From positions 1-64,000 of the forward strand of contig JABVCE010000049.1 in the NCBI GenBank assembly GCA_014905635.1: a stretch of DNA of 64,000 nucleotides. Reading direction: 5' to 3'. This DNA is from Scenedesmus sp. PABB004 (Eukaryota). Position numbers and translations under genes: made by a program. The notes under the pieces are model-generated. The model did no database searches. It saw nothing but the letters and a program-made list of their open reading frames with translations, and was not told the DNA's origin. Positions 1 to 12,300 of this stretch are shown here, piece after piece. The first letter of the stretch is position 1. Each line of letters begins with the position of its first letter.

Positions 1-3000
1 GCACACTCACTGGCACGTGTAGCCGGTGCCGGAGCTGCACGTCAGCACAGGTACCATTTATAATCGTTGTTGGGCCGTCTGTTGCATGGGTTGCCCGTGC
101 AGCCATCAATGTCTGCGAGCAGAGTACCACAAACCCAGGGTGGGCCCCCCGGCAGCGCAGCAGCAGCACAGCAGAAAGCCCGGTGCCGAATTCACGTGCT
201 GGCACATACCCACCTGTGCATGCGTTGGTTGTAGCGTCGTATGCGCGGCCGAGGTGCAGCCACACACGTACCCGGTTCCCGGGGCAGGCACGTCTGTGCA
301 GCTGCCGTCCGAGTTGGCCACAGCGGCGCACGTGTTGTTCACACAGCCGTTGATGTCTGCGGGCGGAGAGAAAATGGGCGTCAAACAAAACTAAACAAGC
401 AATTGAAACACCAGGTTAGCCACAAAAGTTGAATCATTTAACCCAGCTACCAACCTTGGCACGCCAACGATGTGGTGTTCCAAGAATATCCAGATGAGCA
501 CCTGCAAAGTTGATCAGTTTTGTTGAGTTGGGCGTTGGTTAGTGGCTTTAACGGTTGAGAGAGCAGCACGCCATCCACCCCCCCCCCGGTCACACCCCGG
601 GCACGGTGCACTCACTTGCACGTGTAGCCGGTGCCAGGAGCTGCCACGTCGACGCACGAGCCGTTCATGGCGTGTGGGACGGTGCCACATGGGTCATTGC
701 GGCACCCATTTGTGTCTGCAAGACAGGGAGAAAGCGGGAGAGAGAGAGGGGGAGCCAAAAACGTGAGAGGCTTGGAAGCGAGCAACCAGCGCAAGGCCTT
801 CTCGCCCCCTGCCTACCTTTGCACTGCTTGGCGCTCTTGCTCCAAGAGTACCTGCAGCGACACGGACAGAAAGGTGAGGGGTGGTGACTGGTGCAGCGCG
901 TGAGCATTTCGTGCAGCAAAATGCATTCCCATTCCCTCACCCTGTGCGACAGGCGCAGCTGTAGCCATTTCCAGGAGCCTGAGTGTCGATGCACGTACCA
1001 TTGGCGTTGGTCACATTGGAGCATGGGTTGCCCAGGCAGCCGTTGGTGTCTGCGATTGACAGCAAGGGTGTGAGGCTCAGCATTTAATGAATTCAAGCCC
1101 ACTCTGTTTGCGCAGCCCCCACCCACCGATACACTTGTTGGTGGATGCATCATAGGAGAGGCCGGCGCTGCAGGCGCACGTATAGCCTGTGCCAGGTGCT
1201 GGAACATCGATGCACGTGCCATTGCTGTTTCCAGGAACAGCACCACAAGTGTTGTTGACGCACCCGTCCACATCTGCGGGCAAAAACAGCGGGGGTTGAG
1301 CATGTACGTGGCAGCAGCATGAGGCAGCGGCGGCAAAACAGCGTTTTGCTCACCGACACACGCGCCAGACACCCACTGCGCGCCATTGATGCAGCCACAC
1401 ACAAACCCACTGCCAGGCGCTGGCACGTCCGTACAGGCACCGCTGGCGTTGGTCATGTTGGAGCATGGGTTGCCCAGGCAGCCGTTTGTGTCTGCGATGG
1501 GGGAGCATTGTTTTGGGAATACTCAGGACTGGGCAGCCCTATCACGCTCAGCGTCTGCCGCCAACGAGCGAGGCAACTTCCCGCAGTAGCTACATTCCCA
1601 GTACCACAATCAATGCTGTTCGCACCCACCCACCTTTGCACTTGAGGGCAGCGGTGTCCCAGCTGTAACCTGTGTCGCAGCCGCACACGTAGCCCGTGTT
1701 TGGCGGAAGCACATCAGAGCAGCGACCGTTGGAGTTGGCCACACTCTTGCATGGCGCGTTGGTGCAGCCGTTGGGATCTGCGGGCAGGCAGTCTTAGCAA
1801 CGCCCTTTGGGCTCGCGGAAGCACAACACGCAACACTGAAATGAGGTCACTCACCTACACACTGCCTCGTTGGCTGGTTGAACTCATACCTGCAAGTGGG
1901 CGGCCGCGTGACGCAGACTGTCAGCTCGGAGTTCAAGGCAGTTAATGCGTTGAGGTTTTTGCACATTTCAGACAAGACAAGAGCTCACCCAGGCTTGCAG
2001 CGACACGTGTACCCGGTGTCTGGGGCGCGCACGTCCGTGCAGCTTCCAATGACGGCGTTGGGGTCGGCATCACAAGGGTTGGACGCACAACCGTTGGTGT
2101 CGATGCACGTGCGCAACGCAGCACTCCAGCTGTAGCCGGTGCTGCACCCGCAGCTGTACTGCATGCCCGGCAGGCTGGAGCACACACCGTTCGAGAACGG
2201 CAAGCCCTGGCATGGGTTGGTGACGCATGCGTTTGTCGCTGTGCACACCTTGGTCGCCGCCGCCCAGCCGTAGCCTGGTTGGCGCAGCCAGAGGGAGCGC
2301 GCGTGCGTGAGCGGCGGCGTGAATACCGCAGACGCACACACGTCACTGGTCACCTCGCAGCCCCCCAGCCAATCCGCTCACCACCCACCTGGGTTGCACT
2401 CGCAGGTGAATCCAGTGCCAGGCGCAGGCACGTCGTGACAGACACCATTAGCATTCGCGATGCCAGCGCACGGCTTGTTTGCACAGCCGTCCTCGTCTGT
2501 GTATTGGCAGCGAGCAAGGGCGAGGGGTGGTGAGCGGGGGCGGCGCACAGCGTGCGGCGTGCAGCGTGCAGAGGCGAGCCCCGGCTCTCCTGCAACGCAC
2601 CTTGGCACTTGCGTGTGATAGCGTTGAAAACAAAGCCGGGATTGCACATGCACGTGTAGCCGCTGTCGGGCGCTGGGACGTCCTTGCAGCTGGTGGCATT
2701 GGCGTTGGGGTCGGCCTTGCAAGGATTGCCAGCACAGCCGTCCGTGTCTGCGCAGGCGCAGCAGGTGGGCGAGCGAGGGTGTCGGTTAGCCGCTGGCACG
2801 CTGCAGGGCGTGACGCCCGTTGTCACGCTGCGGCATGGCCATGCTTTACCTCTGCACGCGCCGGCGCTGGCAATCCACGTGTAGCCCGGGTTGCAGCCGC
2901 AGGTGTGGCCCGCATTGGGCAGGTCAGAGCAGAAGCCGTTGGAGTTGGTGACGTTGGCGCAGGGCTTGAGCACGCAGTCACTCGTCGCTAGATTTCATGG

Positions 3001-6000
3001 CGCGGGGAACGGGGTGGGTGGGGGCAGGATTGACGCGCATGCGGTCGTCTGCGGCCGCGCGCGCACAACACCCACCCGTGCACTTCGTTGTAGCGGCATC
3101 CCATCCAAAGCCGTTGGCGCAGTCGCACATGTAGCCGCTGCCAGGCGCAGCGACGTCGTGGCAGGTGCCGTTGGAGTTGGCCACGTTGGCACAGGGGTTG
3201 CCGCCGCCCGCGGGGCGCAATCATCCTTCTCTGCGGGGCAGCGCAAGCGCCCAGGTCGGCAGCATGAGCTCCGACCTTGGATTGCCAGCGCCGTCGAGCG
3301 GAGCCCGCTGGGGCACGCGCTCACCGATGCACTTGCGCTGCGCCGCGCTCCATGTCAGGCCGCGTGTGCAGCCACAGCTGAAGCCGCCGCCCGCGGTGTT
3401 GGAGCACGCGCCGTCCGACCCCACGACAGCGGCGCAGGGGTTGTTGACTGGGTCGCACGTGTTGTTGTTCGCTGCGGCGGCGAGCAGGCGCAGGGCGGCA
3501 GTGTCGGCAGAAGATGGCGCACAAGGGGCACAGAGGCACACAGACGCACACCCCGTCACTCACCCGGGCTCGGGCTCGGGCTGGGCCTGGGGACGGGGCT
3601 CGGGCTCGAGGGGCTCGGGCTCGAGGGGCTTGGGCTCGGGCTGGGCTTCTGTGCCGGGGTGGTGCACGTGGACGTGGCCGGGTTGCAGAAGAAGCTCGCG
3701 CAGTCGCCATCCGACTTGCACGACTTGTTATCGCCGCAGAGGGCGCACGAGCTGCCGCCGCAGTCCACAGCGGTCTCATCGCCGTTCTTGACACCGTCGG
3801 TGCAGGTCGGCTCCTGCAGTGGGCAGCCGGCACCATGCCAATGGTCGGCGTCAGCTGCTAATCTGAGCGGTTTCGCCGAGTGAGCGGGAGCAGGCACAAT
3901 CACGCACCTTTGTCGCGCACACGCCGCTGACGCAATTGGTGGACGCGCAGTCGGTTGCAGCGGTGCACTTGCTGCCGGCCGGGCATGCAGGGCAGGTGCC
4001 ACCGCAGGTGGTGTTCGAGCAGGACGGTGCCTGCGCGTTTCAGGCAGGTGGCGGCAGCGCAGCGAGGGGTTGCGTATTGCTGGGTGTTGCGCGCGACACA
4101 TGGCGCCGCGCGCTGCGCATGCTCACCACCGTCGAGCACACGCTGTTCACACAGTTGCCAGACGAGCAGTCGCCGTCGAGTGCGCACGGCTGCTGGAGCG
4201 GGCAGGGGCGGCAGCTGACGCCGCCGCAGTCGGTGCCTGCGGTCAGGCAGCGGCCAAGCGTGAGGCCAGGCCGGCTGTCAGGGTAGCACCACAAGGCGGT
4301 GCGCAAGGCTGCTGAGGGGGCGCCGACCGCCCCGCACCCGTCTCGTCCTGGTTCTTGATGCCGTCGGAGCACGTGGGCCAGGCCCCGCTGCACGTGCCCT
4401 GCACACAGTTGCCTGTATCACAATCAGTTGGCACCAGGCATGTGGTGCCAATGGAGCAGGCGGGGCAGGCGCTGCCACCGCAGTCTACGCCCGTCTCCAG
4501 ACCGTTCTTGATGCCGTCGGAGCAAGTTGGGTGCTGCAGGGTGTCAGCAATGAGGCAGGTGTGAGACGCCGGGAGCAAGAGGGTCGAGAGGCAGCTCGCT
4601 GCATCCGCCCTCGCGCGTGCGCGCACCGGTTCGCCGCAGGAGCCTCCCTTGCAGTAGTCAGAGCCGCAATCGGAGTCTATCTTGCAGGCGGCGTGGATGG
4701 TGAGGCACGGGAGGCACGAGCTGCCACCGCAGTCCACGTCAGTCTCGTCACCGTTCTTGATGCCGTCAAAGCAGGTCGGCTCCTGTGTCTTGCACACACC
4801 GTTGATGCAGTTGGCGGACGTGCAGTCATACGCAGTTGAACACTTACCGCCGACTGGGCACGCCGGGCAAACGCCGCCGCAGGTGGTGCTAGAGCAGGAC
4901 GGCGGCTGCGCGTTCCGGACAGGCAGCAGCAGCGCAGCGAGGGGGTTGAGCGCTGCTGCACAGAGTGCAGCGCACACCCGCCGGGGCTGCGCTGCGCGCG
5001 CTCACCTGGCGGGCGCAGAAGCTGCCCCTGCACAGCAGGCCAGTGCTGCAGTCCGAGTCAAAGGTGCAGCGCGTTCCTCTGCGGCACTCGGGGCAGTTGG
5101 GCCCGCCGCAGTCGACGTCGGTTTCGTTGCCATTCCAGATGCCTGTGCGGTGCGCCAGCGGGGAGGGGCTCGGGTCGGGCTGTAACCGCTGGCGAGCGCG
5201 CAGCGCTGGTGGTAGCCGCATGCTGCGGCCCAGCACGGGGGGCGTGGTGCGCGCGCACCGTCGTTGCACGTGGGGACCTGGGCGACGCAGCTGCCCTTGT
5301 TGCAGTTGCTGGACGCGCAGTCCGAGGGCCGCTCGCAGCGCTGCCCCGTGCCGCACGGAAGGCAGCTCGAGCCGCCGCAATCCACACCTGCGAGGGCGCG
5401 AGCGTAGCGCAGCACGTCGGCACCCAGAGGCGCGTGCGGCAGAGCCCCCCTCCTCCCCCCCTCCTCCCCACCGCGGGCGCGGGCCACGGGCCACACCTGT
5501 CTCGCCCGGGCTCAGCAGGCCGTCCTGGCAGGATGCAGCCAACACGGCGCAGAAGCCACCCTTGCAAAGACCATCTGTGCAGTGTGCAGAGCTGGAGCAC
5601 CGCTTGCCGGTCGAGCACGTAGGGCAGCTCCCGCCGCAGTCCACGTCTGTGTGCGTGGGTGTGCGTGTGCGTGAGGCGGCGGCAGCAGATCAGGCGGCGT
5701 CGTGCAGCAGTGCCCGCTGCAGGGCACCCCGGGCGCGCTCGGCGCGGCGCACCTGTCTCGTCGCCGCTCTTGACGCCGTCCGTGCAGTGGGCCGGGGTCA
5801 CCTGCGCGCGCGCACACAGCGATGGGTCGGTCCACAGGGCCCAACAAGCCGCCCCCTCGCTCCCCCGCTCGCGCGCCCCGCTGTGTGCGCGTGCGCGCGC
5901 CACTGCTCACCACACCGCCGGTGACGCACTGGCCGGCGCTGCACGCGCCCCCGGTGCAGGCCGCGCCGTCAGCCTGGTTCCTCCAGTAAATCATGCCCGT

Positions 6001-6578
6001 GTTGGCGTCGCACCCCAGCGGCGCGCGGCACTGCTCGGGCGGGGGCCGCACGCATGCGCGGCATGCCGAGGTGCCGCCGGGCGACCAGGCGCCCGCCGCG
6101 CACTTTGTGCAGGTGGGGCCGGGCGCGTAGCCGTAGCCAGGCACACAGACTGCGGGAGCGCGCGAGTGTGAGGTGAGGCGAGAGCCCGCGCCTTGGTGCG
6201 CTTGCTGCGCGTAGCAGGCCGCGCACCATCACAAGCCTTGGAGTTGTGCCCTACGGTGGTGAAGGGGAACGGGCAGCGATTGCAGCCTCGCTTGGAAGCA
6301 GTGAGCGTGTAGCCTGGGCTTGAGCACAGGCAAATCGGCGGGGAGCCAGGCGTGCACGCGGCGCAGCCCGGGATGCCGCATCCGTGCAGCGCCGAGCTCG
6401 GCGGCAGCTTGACGCCGCACTTGCTCTCCGTCGCAGCCACGGCTGCGGGTACTGCTGCGTGAGCGGCCGTGGCAGCGGCAAGCATCAGAGCGAGTCCGAG
6501 AAGCGCCGCTGAAGCGGGGCGGCGCCCGCGCTGCGGGCAGAGCTGGGTACATAGCGGTGACATGTTGGGACGTTTCAT
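1..6578 (-). CDS. Secreted Cys-rich/EGF-like repeat protein, copy A (multi-exon; 3' end runs off the window; several 1-nt frameshifts)
   Basis: ATG at 6578 (MKRPNMSPLC...AALLGLALMLAAATAAHA signal peptide). Exons encode CxDGxKNGDETxVDCGGxxC repeats, an SPSPSPSSP hinge (about 3565-3650) and DxxGCxxNPCxxVxNxNGxCxDVPAPGxGYxCxCxxGYxW EGF-like modules. Inverted paralogue of 8601-16175. Apparent single-base deletions at about 3212, 250 and 30-90. Confidence 0.8.
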
Positions 6579-6606
6579 GAAAAAACGTTGAGAGAGCGCA
6601 AACTGC
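2879..6606 (-). repeat. Left arm of a near-identical 3.7 kb inverted repeat (pairs with 8573-12300)
   Basis: Reverse complement matches 8573-12300 including introns; coordinates sum to 15178-15179; only a handful of substitutions and homopolymer indels seen. Confidence 0.95.
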
Positions 6607-6769
6607 GCCCGGCGTCGCGCGATCGGCCGGAAACACGGTGCGAAGCTCACTCTTCGGCAGTGTTTCGGAAGGGTTACTTAACAAGGCGCGCCCGGCGCTT
6701 GCCCGGTTGGCCGCTTGGAGGCGCTGAAAGCGAGAGGGGGAATGATTTTGTGGTGGTACTCGGCACGAA

Positions 6770-7940
6770 CAGCTGCGGCAGCGCAGCGCGACGACCTCCG
6801 CAAACGGCACTGCGCCGGCGCCAGCGCAGTGGGCGCACGCCGGCGACAGCACGCCGCCGCCGCCATGCCGCCGGGCGCGCCCCGGCTCACCGCATCGCAG
6901 CTCGCTGCGCGGCGCTGAGCGGCGGGCAGCAGCAGCGCTGGCGGCGCGCACAGGCCGCCAGCGCGGCGGGCAGCAGCAGCGCCGCTCCGGCGGCAACAAC
7001 TCAAGCAGCAGGCCCTGCCCGTCGCCTGCCACGCGCACGCGGCGGCGGCCGAGCCACATCGCGGCAGCACGCGCTGCACCCCGTGCGCTGCCCCGCGCGG
7101 CGGCGGGCCGCCGGCTGCCTGCCCCTGGTGCGCTGCGCGTGCCCCAGGCGGCGGTGGTGCGGGGGTATATAGCACGCCGCGGCTGCTGGCGCAGCGCGGC
7201 GGTGACCGGGCGGGCGGCTCGGCCCCGACGCGGCCCAGCGCTCAGCGAACGGCGCTGCAGCGCCGCCCCGGCGACGCCCAAGCCCGAGCGTGATCCAACG
7301 CGGTGCAGCAGGGCAGCGGTGGGCTGCGCCCCGCGTGACATGGCGGGGTCGCCGTCGCGCCGCGCTCGGCCTCGACCGCGCCGCCCGGCGGCGCAACGGC
7401 CAAGGGCACCACCTGCGCGACGTCCAGGGGCGTTGAGTCGCCCAGAGCGATGTGGAGGGTCGCGGTCAGGGCGTCGCGCGTCCCGTGCAGCCTGGCGTGG
7501 ATCGGCCGCGGGCGGCGGTGGCGCGGGTCGGCGGGCGGGCGCGGCAGACCGGCGGCCCCGGCGCACTGCCGCCGACCGCGCGCGCGCGTGGCGTGCGCGC
7601 ACGTGCACGCCACGGCGTCGGTCGAGCCGCCAGGAATGAGCGCCAGGCGCAGGCGCAGGGCCTGCGCGGGGTGCGGGTGCTGCAGCAGGCCGGCCAGCAG
7701 CTCGCTGAACAACCCGTCGCCGCCGACGCCCACGACGCCGTCGAGCTCCGCCAGGCTCTCGAGCGCCAGGCCGCGCACCACCGCCTCCGCGTGGCCCTGC
7801 ACCACCAGGGGCGGGCGAGGCGGCGGCTGAGGTGGTGGGCGCGGTGAGAGGTCAGAGGGCCGCCTAGGCTGCGCCCCGCCGCGACTGCCGGGCTCGCGGC
7901 GGCCGCGCCGCCGCGCAGCAGCGGCTGCGCGTGCGCACAG
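6770..7940 (-). pseudogene. Rearranged, deleted ceramide kinase gene fragment
   Basis: 7345-7940 matches 18560-19140 (GHAEAVV...GVVGVGGDGLFSELL...LIPGGSTDAVAC, LHGTRDALTATLHIALGD). 6770-7345 matches 16720-17190 and the 5' end of the gene at 19450-20000 (MWLGRRRVRVAGD...VPFAEVV). The C-terminal exons are absent. Confidence 0.85.
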
Positions 7941-8572
7941 GTGGACCGGTGGCATTGGGCGCGGCTGCCGGAGCAGCCGCCGGGGCCCGCCGGGCGGGGC
8001 GCGGGCGTCGCAGCAGCGGCAGCATGGCCGCGGCCCCGTGGCCATGCTGGATGGCATGACAGGCCAGCTCCGATCGTTACGGAACCGCCGACACGCAGCT
8101 GCGCCACTGGCAGCGCCGCCCCCGGCTGCTGGCGTTGACAAGCGGCTGTCGCAGCGGGCGGTGGCAGCATGAGGGGGCACTGCTTGGAGGCGTCGGCGGG
8201 GCTGTCGGGCCGACAACCTGGGGCGTGATCTGGCGCGGGGATTGGGCGCCAGTGCCACTGACGGTCCCGCGTGCCACGTGCGGACGTGCCAGTGGCATCA
8301 GCGCCCGGCGTGCCAGCGGTGGCATGCCAATCGGGCTTTTGCCTCCTGTGCGATTGGGCGTGCGCCAGGCCGCCCAGACGCGAGACCGCGACCATGCGCC
8401 TGTAGTCGCTGCTTCGCGCCCAGTACCACAGCGCCCGTGTCCAGGCAGCCAGCTGGCCCTGGAGCGTGGGGCGCGTCGGTATGTTGAACAACCCTTCAGA
8501 GTAACCAGCCGGAGCTTCGCACCATGTTAGAACAACTGTTAGGCCGGCCGATCGCGTAGCGGGGCCCGTCGA

Positions 8573-11500
8573 GCAGTTTGCGCTCTCTCAACGTTTTTTC
8601 ATGAAACGTCCCAACATGTCACCGCTATGTACCCAGCTCTGCCCGCAGCGCGGGCGCCGCCCCGCTTCAGCGGCGCTTCTCGGACTCGCTCTGATGCTTG
8701 CCGCTGCCACGGCCGCTCACGCAGCAGTACCCGCAGCCGTGGCTGCGACGGAGAGCAAGTGCGGCGTCAAGCTGCCGCCGAGCTCGGCGCTGCACGGATG
8801 CGGCATCCCGGGCTGCGCCGCGTGCACGCCTGGCTCCCCGCCGATTTGCCTGTGCTCAAGCCCAGGCTACACGCTCACTGCTTCCAAGCGAGGCTGCAAT
8901 CGCTGCCCGTTCCCCTTCGCCACCGTAGGGCACAACTCCAAGGCTTGTGATGGTGCGCGGCCTGCTACGCGCAGCAAGCGCACCAAGGCGCGGGCTCTCG
9001 CCTCACCTCACACTCGCGCGCTCCCGCAGTCTGTGTGCCTGGCTACGGCTACGCGCCCGGCCCCACCTGCACAAAGTGCGCGGCGGGCGCCTGGTCGCCC
9101 GGCGGCACCTCGGCATGCCGCGCATGCGTGCGGCCCCCGCCCGAGCAGTGCCGCGCGCCGCTGGGGTGCGACGCCAACACGGGCATGATTTACTGGAGGA
9201 ACCAGGCTGACGGCGCGGCCTGCACCGGGGGCGCGTGCAGCGCCGGCCAGTGCGTCACCGGCGGTGTGGTGAGTAGTGGCGCGCGCACGCACGCACAGCG
9301 AGGCGCGCGAGCGGGGGAGCGAGGGGGCGGCTTGTTGGGCCCTGTGGACCGACCCATCGCTGTGTGCGCGCGCGCAGGTGACCCCGGCCCACTGCACGGA
9401 CGGCGTCAAGAGCGGCGACGAGACAGGTGCGCCGCGCCGAGCGCGCCCGGGGTGCCCTGCAGCGGGCACTGCTGCACGACGCCGCCTGATCTGCTGCCGC
9501 CGCCTCACGCACACGCACACCCACGCACACAGACGTGGACTGCGGCGGGAGCTGCCCTACGTGCTCGACCGGCAAGCGGTGCTCCAGCTCTGCACACTGC
9601 ACAGATGGTCTTTGCAAGGGTGGCTTCTGCGCCGTGTTGGCTGCATCCTGCCAGGACGGCCTGCTGAGCCCGGGCGAGACAGGTGTGGCCCGTGGCCCGC
9701 GCCCGCGGTGGGGAGGAGGGGGGAGGAGGGGGGCTCTGCCGCACGCGCCTCTGGGTGCCGACGTGCTGCGCTACGCTCGCGCCCTCGCAGGTGTGGATTG
9801 CGGCGGCTCGAGCTGCCTTCCGTGCGGCACGGGGCAGCGCTGCGAGCGGCCCTCGGACTGCGCGTCCAGCAACTGCAACAAGGGCAGCTGCGTCGCCCAG
9901 GTCCCCACGTGCAACGACGGTGCGCGCGCACCACGCCCCCCGTGCTGGGCCGCAGCATGCGGCTACCACCAGCGCTGCGCGCTCGCCAGCGGTTACAGCC
10001 CGACCCGAGCCCCTCCCCGCTGGCGCACCGCACAGGCATCTGGAATGGCAACGAAACCGACGTCGACTGCGGCGGGCCCAACTGCCCCGAGTGCCGCAGA
10101 GGAACGCGCTGCACCTTTGACTCGGACTGCAGCACTGGCCTGCTGTGCAGGGGCAGCTTCTGCGCCCGCCAGGTGAGCGCGCGCAGCGCAGCCCCGGCGG
10201 GTGTGCGCTGCACTCTGTGCAGCAGCGCTCAACCCCCTCGCTGCGCTGCTGCTGCCTGTCCGGAACGCGCAGCCGCCGTCCTGCTCTAGCACCACCTGCG
10301 GCGGCGTTTGCCCGGCGTGCCCAGTCGGCGGTAAGTGTTCAACTGCGTATGACTGCACGTCCGCCAACTGCATCAACGGTGTGTGCAAGACACAGGAGCC
10401 GACCTGCTTTGACGGCATCAAGAACGGTGACGAGACTGACGTGGACTGCGGTGGCAGCTCGTGCCTCCCGTGCCTCACCATCCACGCCGCCTGCAAGATA
10501 GACTCCGATTGCGGCTCTGACTACTGCAAGGGAGGCTCCTGCGGCGAACCGGTGCGCGCACGCGCGAGGGCGGATGCAGCGAGCTGCCTCTCGACCCTCT
10601 TGCTCCCGGCGTCTCACACCTGCCTCATTGCTGACACCCTGCAGCACCCAACTTGCTCCGACGGCATCAAGAACGGTCTGGAGACGGGCGTAGACTGCGG
10701 TGGCAGCGCCTGCCCCGCCTGCTCCATTGGCACCACATGCCTGGTGCCAACTGATTGTGATACAGGCAACTGTGTGCAGGGCACGTGCAGCGGGGCCTGG
10801 CCCACGTGCTCCGACGGCATCAAGAACCAGGACGAGACGGGTGCGGGGCGGTCGGCGCCCCCTCAGCAGCCTTGCGCACCGCCTTGTGGTGCTACCCTGA
10901 CAGCCGGCCTGGCCTCACGCTTGGCCGCTGCCTGACCGCAGGCACCGACTGCGGCGGCGTCAGCTGCCGCCCCTGCCCGCTCCAGCAGCCGTGCGCACTC
11001 GACGGCGACTGCTCGTCTGGCAACTGTGTGAACAGCGTGTGCTCGACGGTGGTGAGCATGCGCAGCGCGCGGCGCCATGTGTCGCGCGCAACACCCAGCA
11101 ATACGCAACCCCTCGCTGCGCTGCCGCCACCTGCCTGAAACGCGCAGGCACCGTCCTGCTCGAACACCACCTGCGGTGGCACCTGCCCTGCATGCCCGGC
11201 CGGCAGCAAGTGCACCGCTGCAACCGACTGCGCGTCCACCAATTGCGTCAGCGGCGTGTGCGCGACAAAGGTGCGTGATTGTGCCTGCTCCCGCTCACTC
11301 GGCGAAACCGCTCAGATTAGCAGCTGACGCCGACCATTGGCATGGTGCCGGCTGCCCACTGCAGGAGCCGACCTGCACCGACGGTGTCAAGAACGGCGAT
11401 GAGACCGCTGTGGACTGCGGCGGCAGCTCGTGCGCCCTCTGCGGCGATAACAAGTCGTGCAAGTCGGATGGCGACTGCGCGAGCTTCTTCTGCAACCCGG

Positions 11501-12300
11501 CCACGTCCACGTGCACCACCCCGGCACAGAAGCCCAGCCCGAGCCCAAGCCCCTCGAGCCCGAGCCCCTCGAGCCCGAGCCCTGTCCCCAGGCCCAGCCC
11601 GAGCCCGAGCCCGGGTGAGTGACGGGGTGTGCGTCTGTGTGCCTCTGTGCCCCTTGTGCGCCATCTTCTGCCGACACTGCCGCCCTGCGCCTGCTCGCCG
11701 CCGCAGCGAACAACAACACGTGCGACCCAGTCAACAACCCCTGCGCCGCTGTCGTGGGGTCGGACGGCGCGTGCTCCAACACCGCGGGCGGCGGCTTCAG
11801 CTGTGGCTGCACACGCGGCCTGACATGGAGCGCGGCGCAGCGCAAGTGCATCGGTGAGCGCGTGCCCCAGCGGGCTCCGCTCGACGGCGCTGGCAATCCA
11901 AGGTCGGAGCTCATGCTGCCGACCTGGGCGCTTGCGCTGCCCCGCAGAGAAGGATGATTGCGCCCCCGCGGGCGGCGGCAACCCCTGTGCCAACGTGGCC
12001 AACTCCAACGGCACCTGCCACGACGTCGCTGCGCCTGGCAGCGGCTACATGTGCGACTGCGCCAACGGCTTTGGATGGGATGCCGCTACAACGAAGTGCA
12101 CGGGTGGGTGTTGTGCGCGCGCGGCCGCAGACGACCGCATGCGCGTCAATCCTGCCCCCACCCACCCCGTTCCCCGCGCCATGAAATCTAGCGACGAGTG
12201 ACTGCGTGCTCAAGCCCTGCGCCAACGTCACCAACTCCAACGGCTTCTGCTCTGACCTGCCCAATGCGGGCCACACCTGCGGCTGCAACCCGGGCTACAC
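8573..12300 (+). repeat. Right arm of the near-identical 3.7 kb inverted repeat (pairs with 2879-6606)
   Basis: Direct comparison with the left arm; identity breaks abruptly after ...cccgggctacac at 12300. Confidence 0.95.

Noticed and set aside
7960..8480. Separate gene or transposon in the right part of the spacer
   Set aside because: Only a faint CERK exon-2 remnant near 7960-8010; no terminal repeats, TSD or recognisable ORF.
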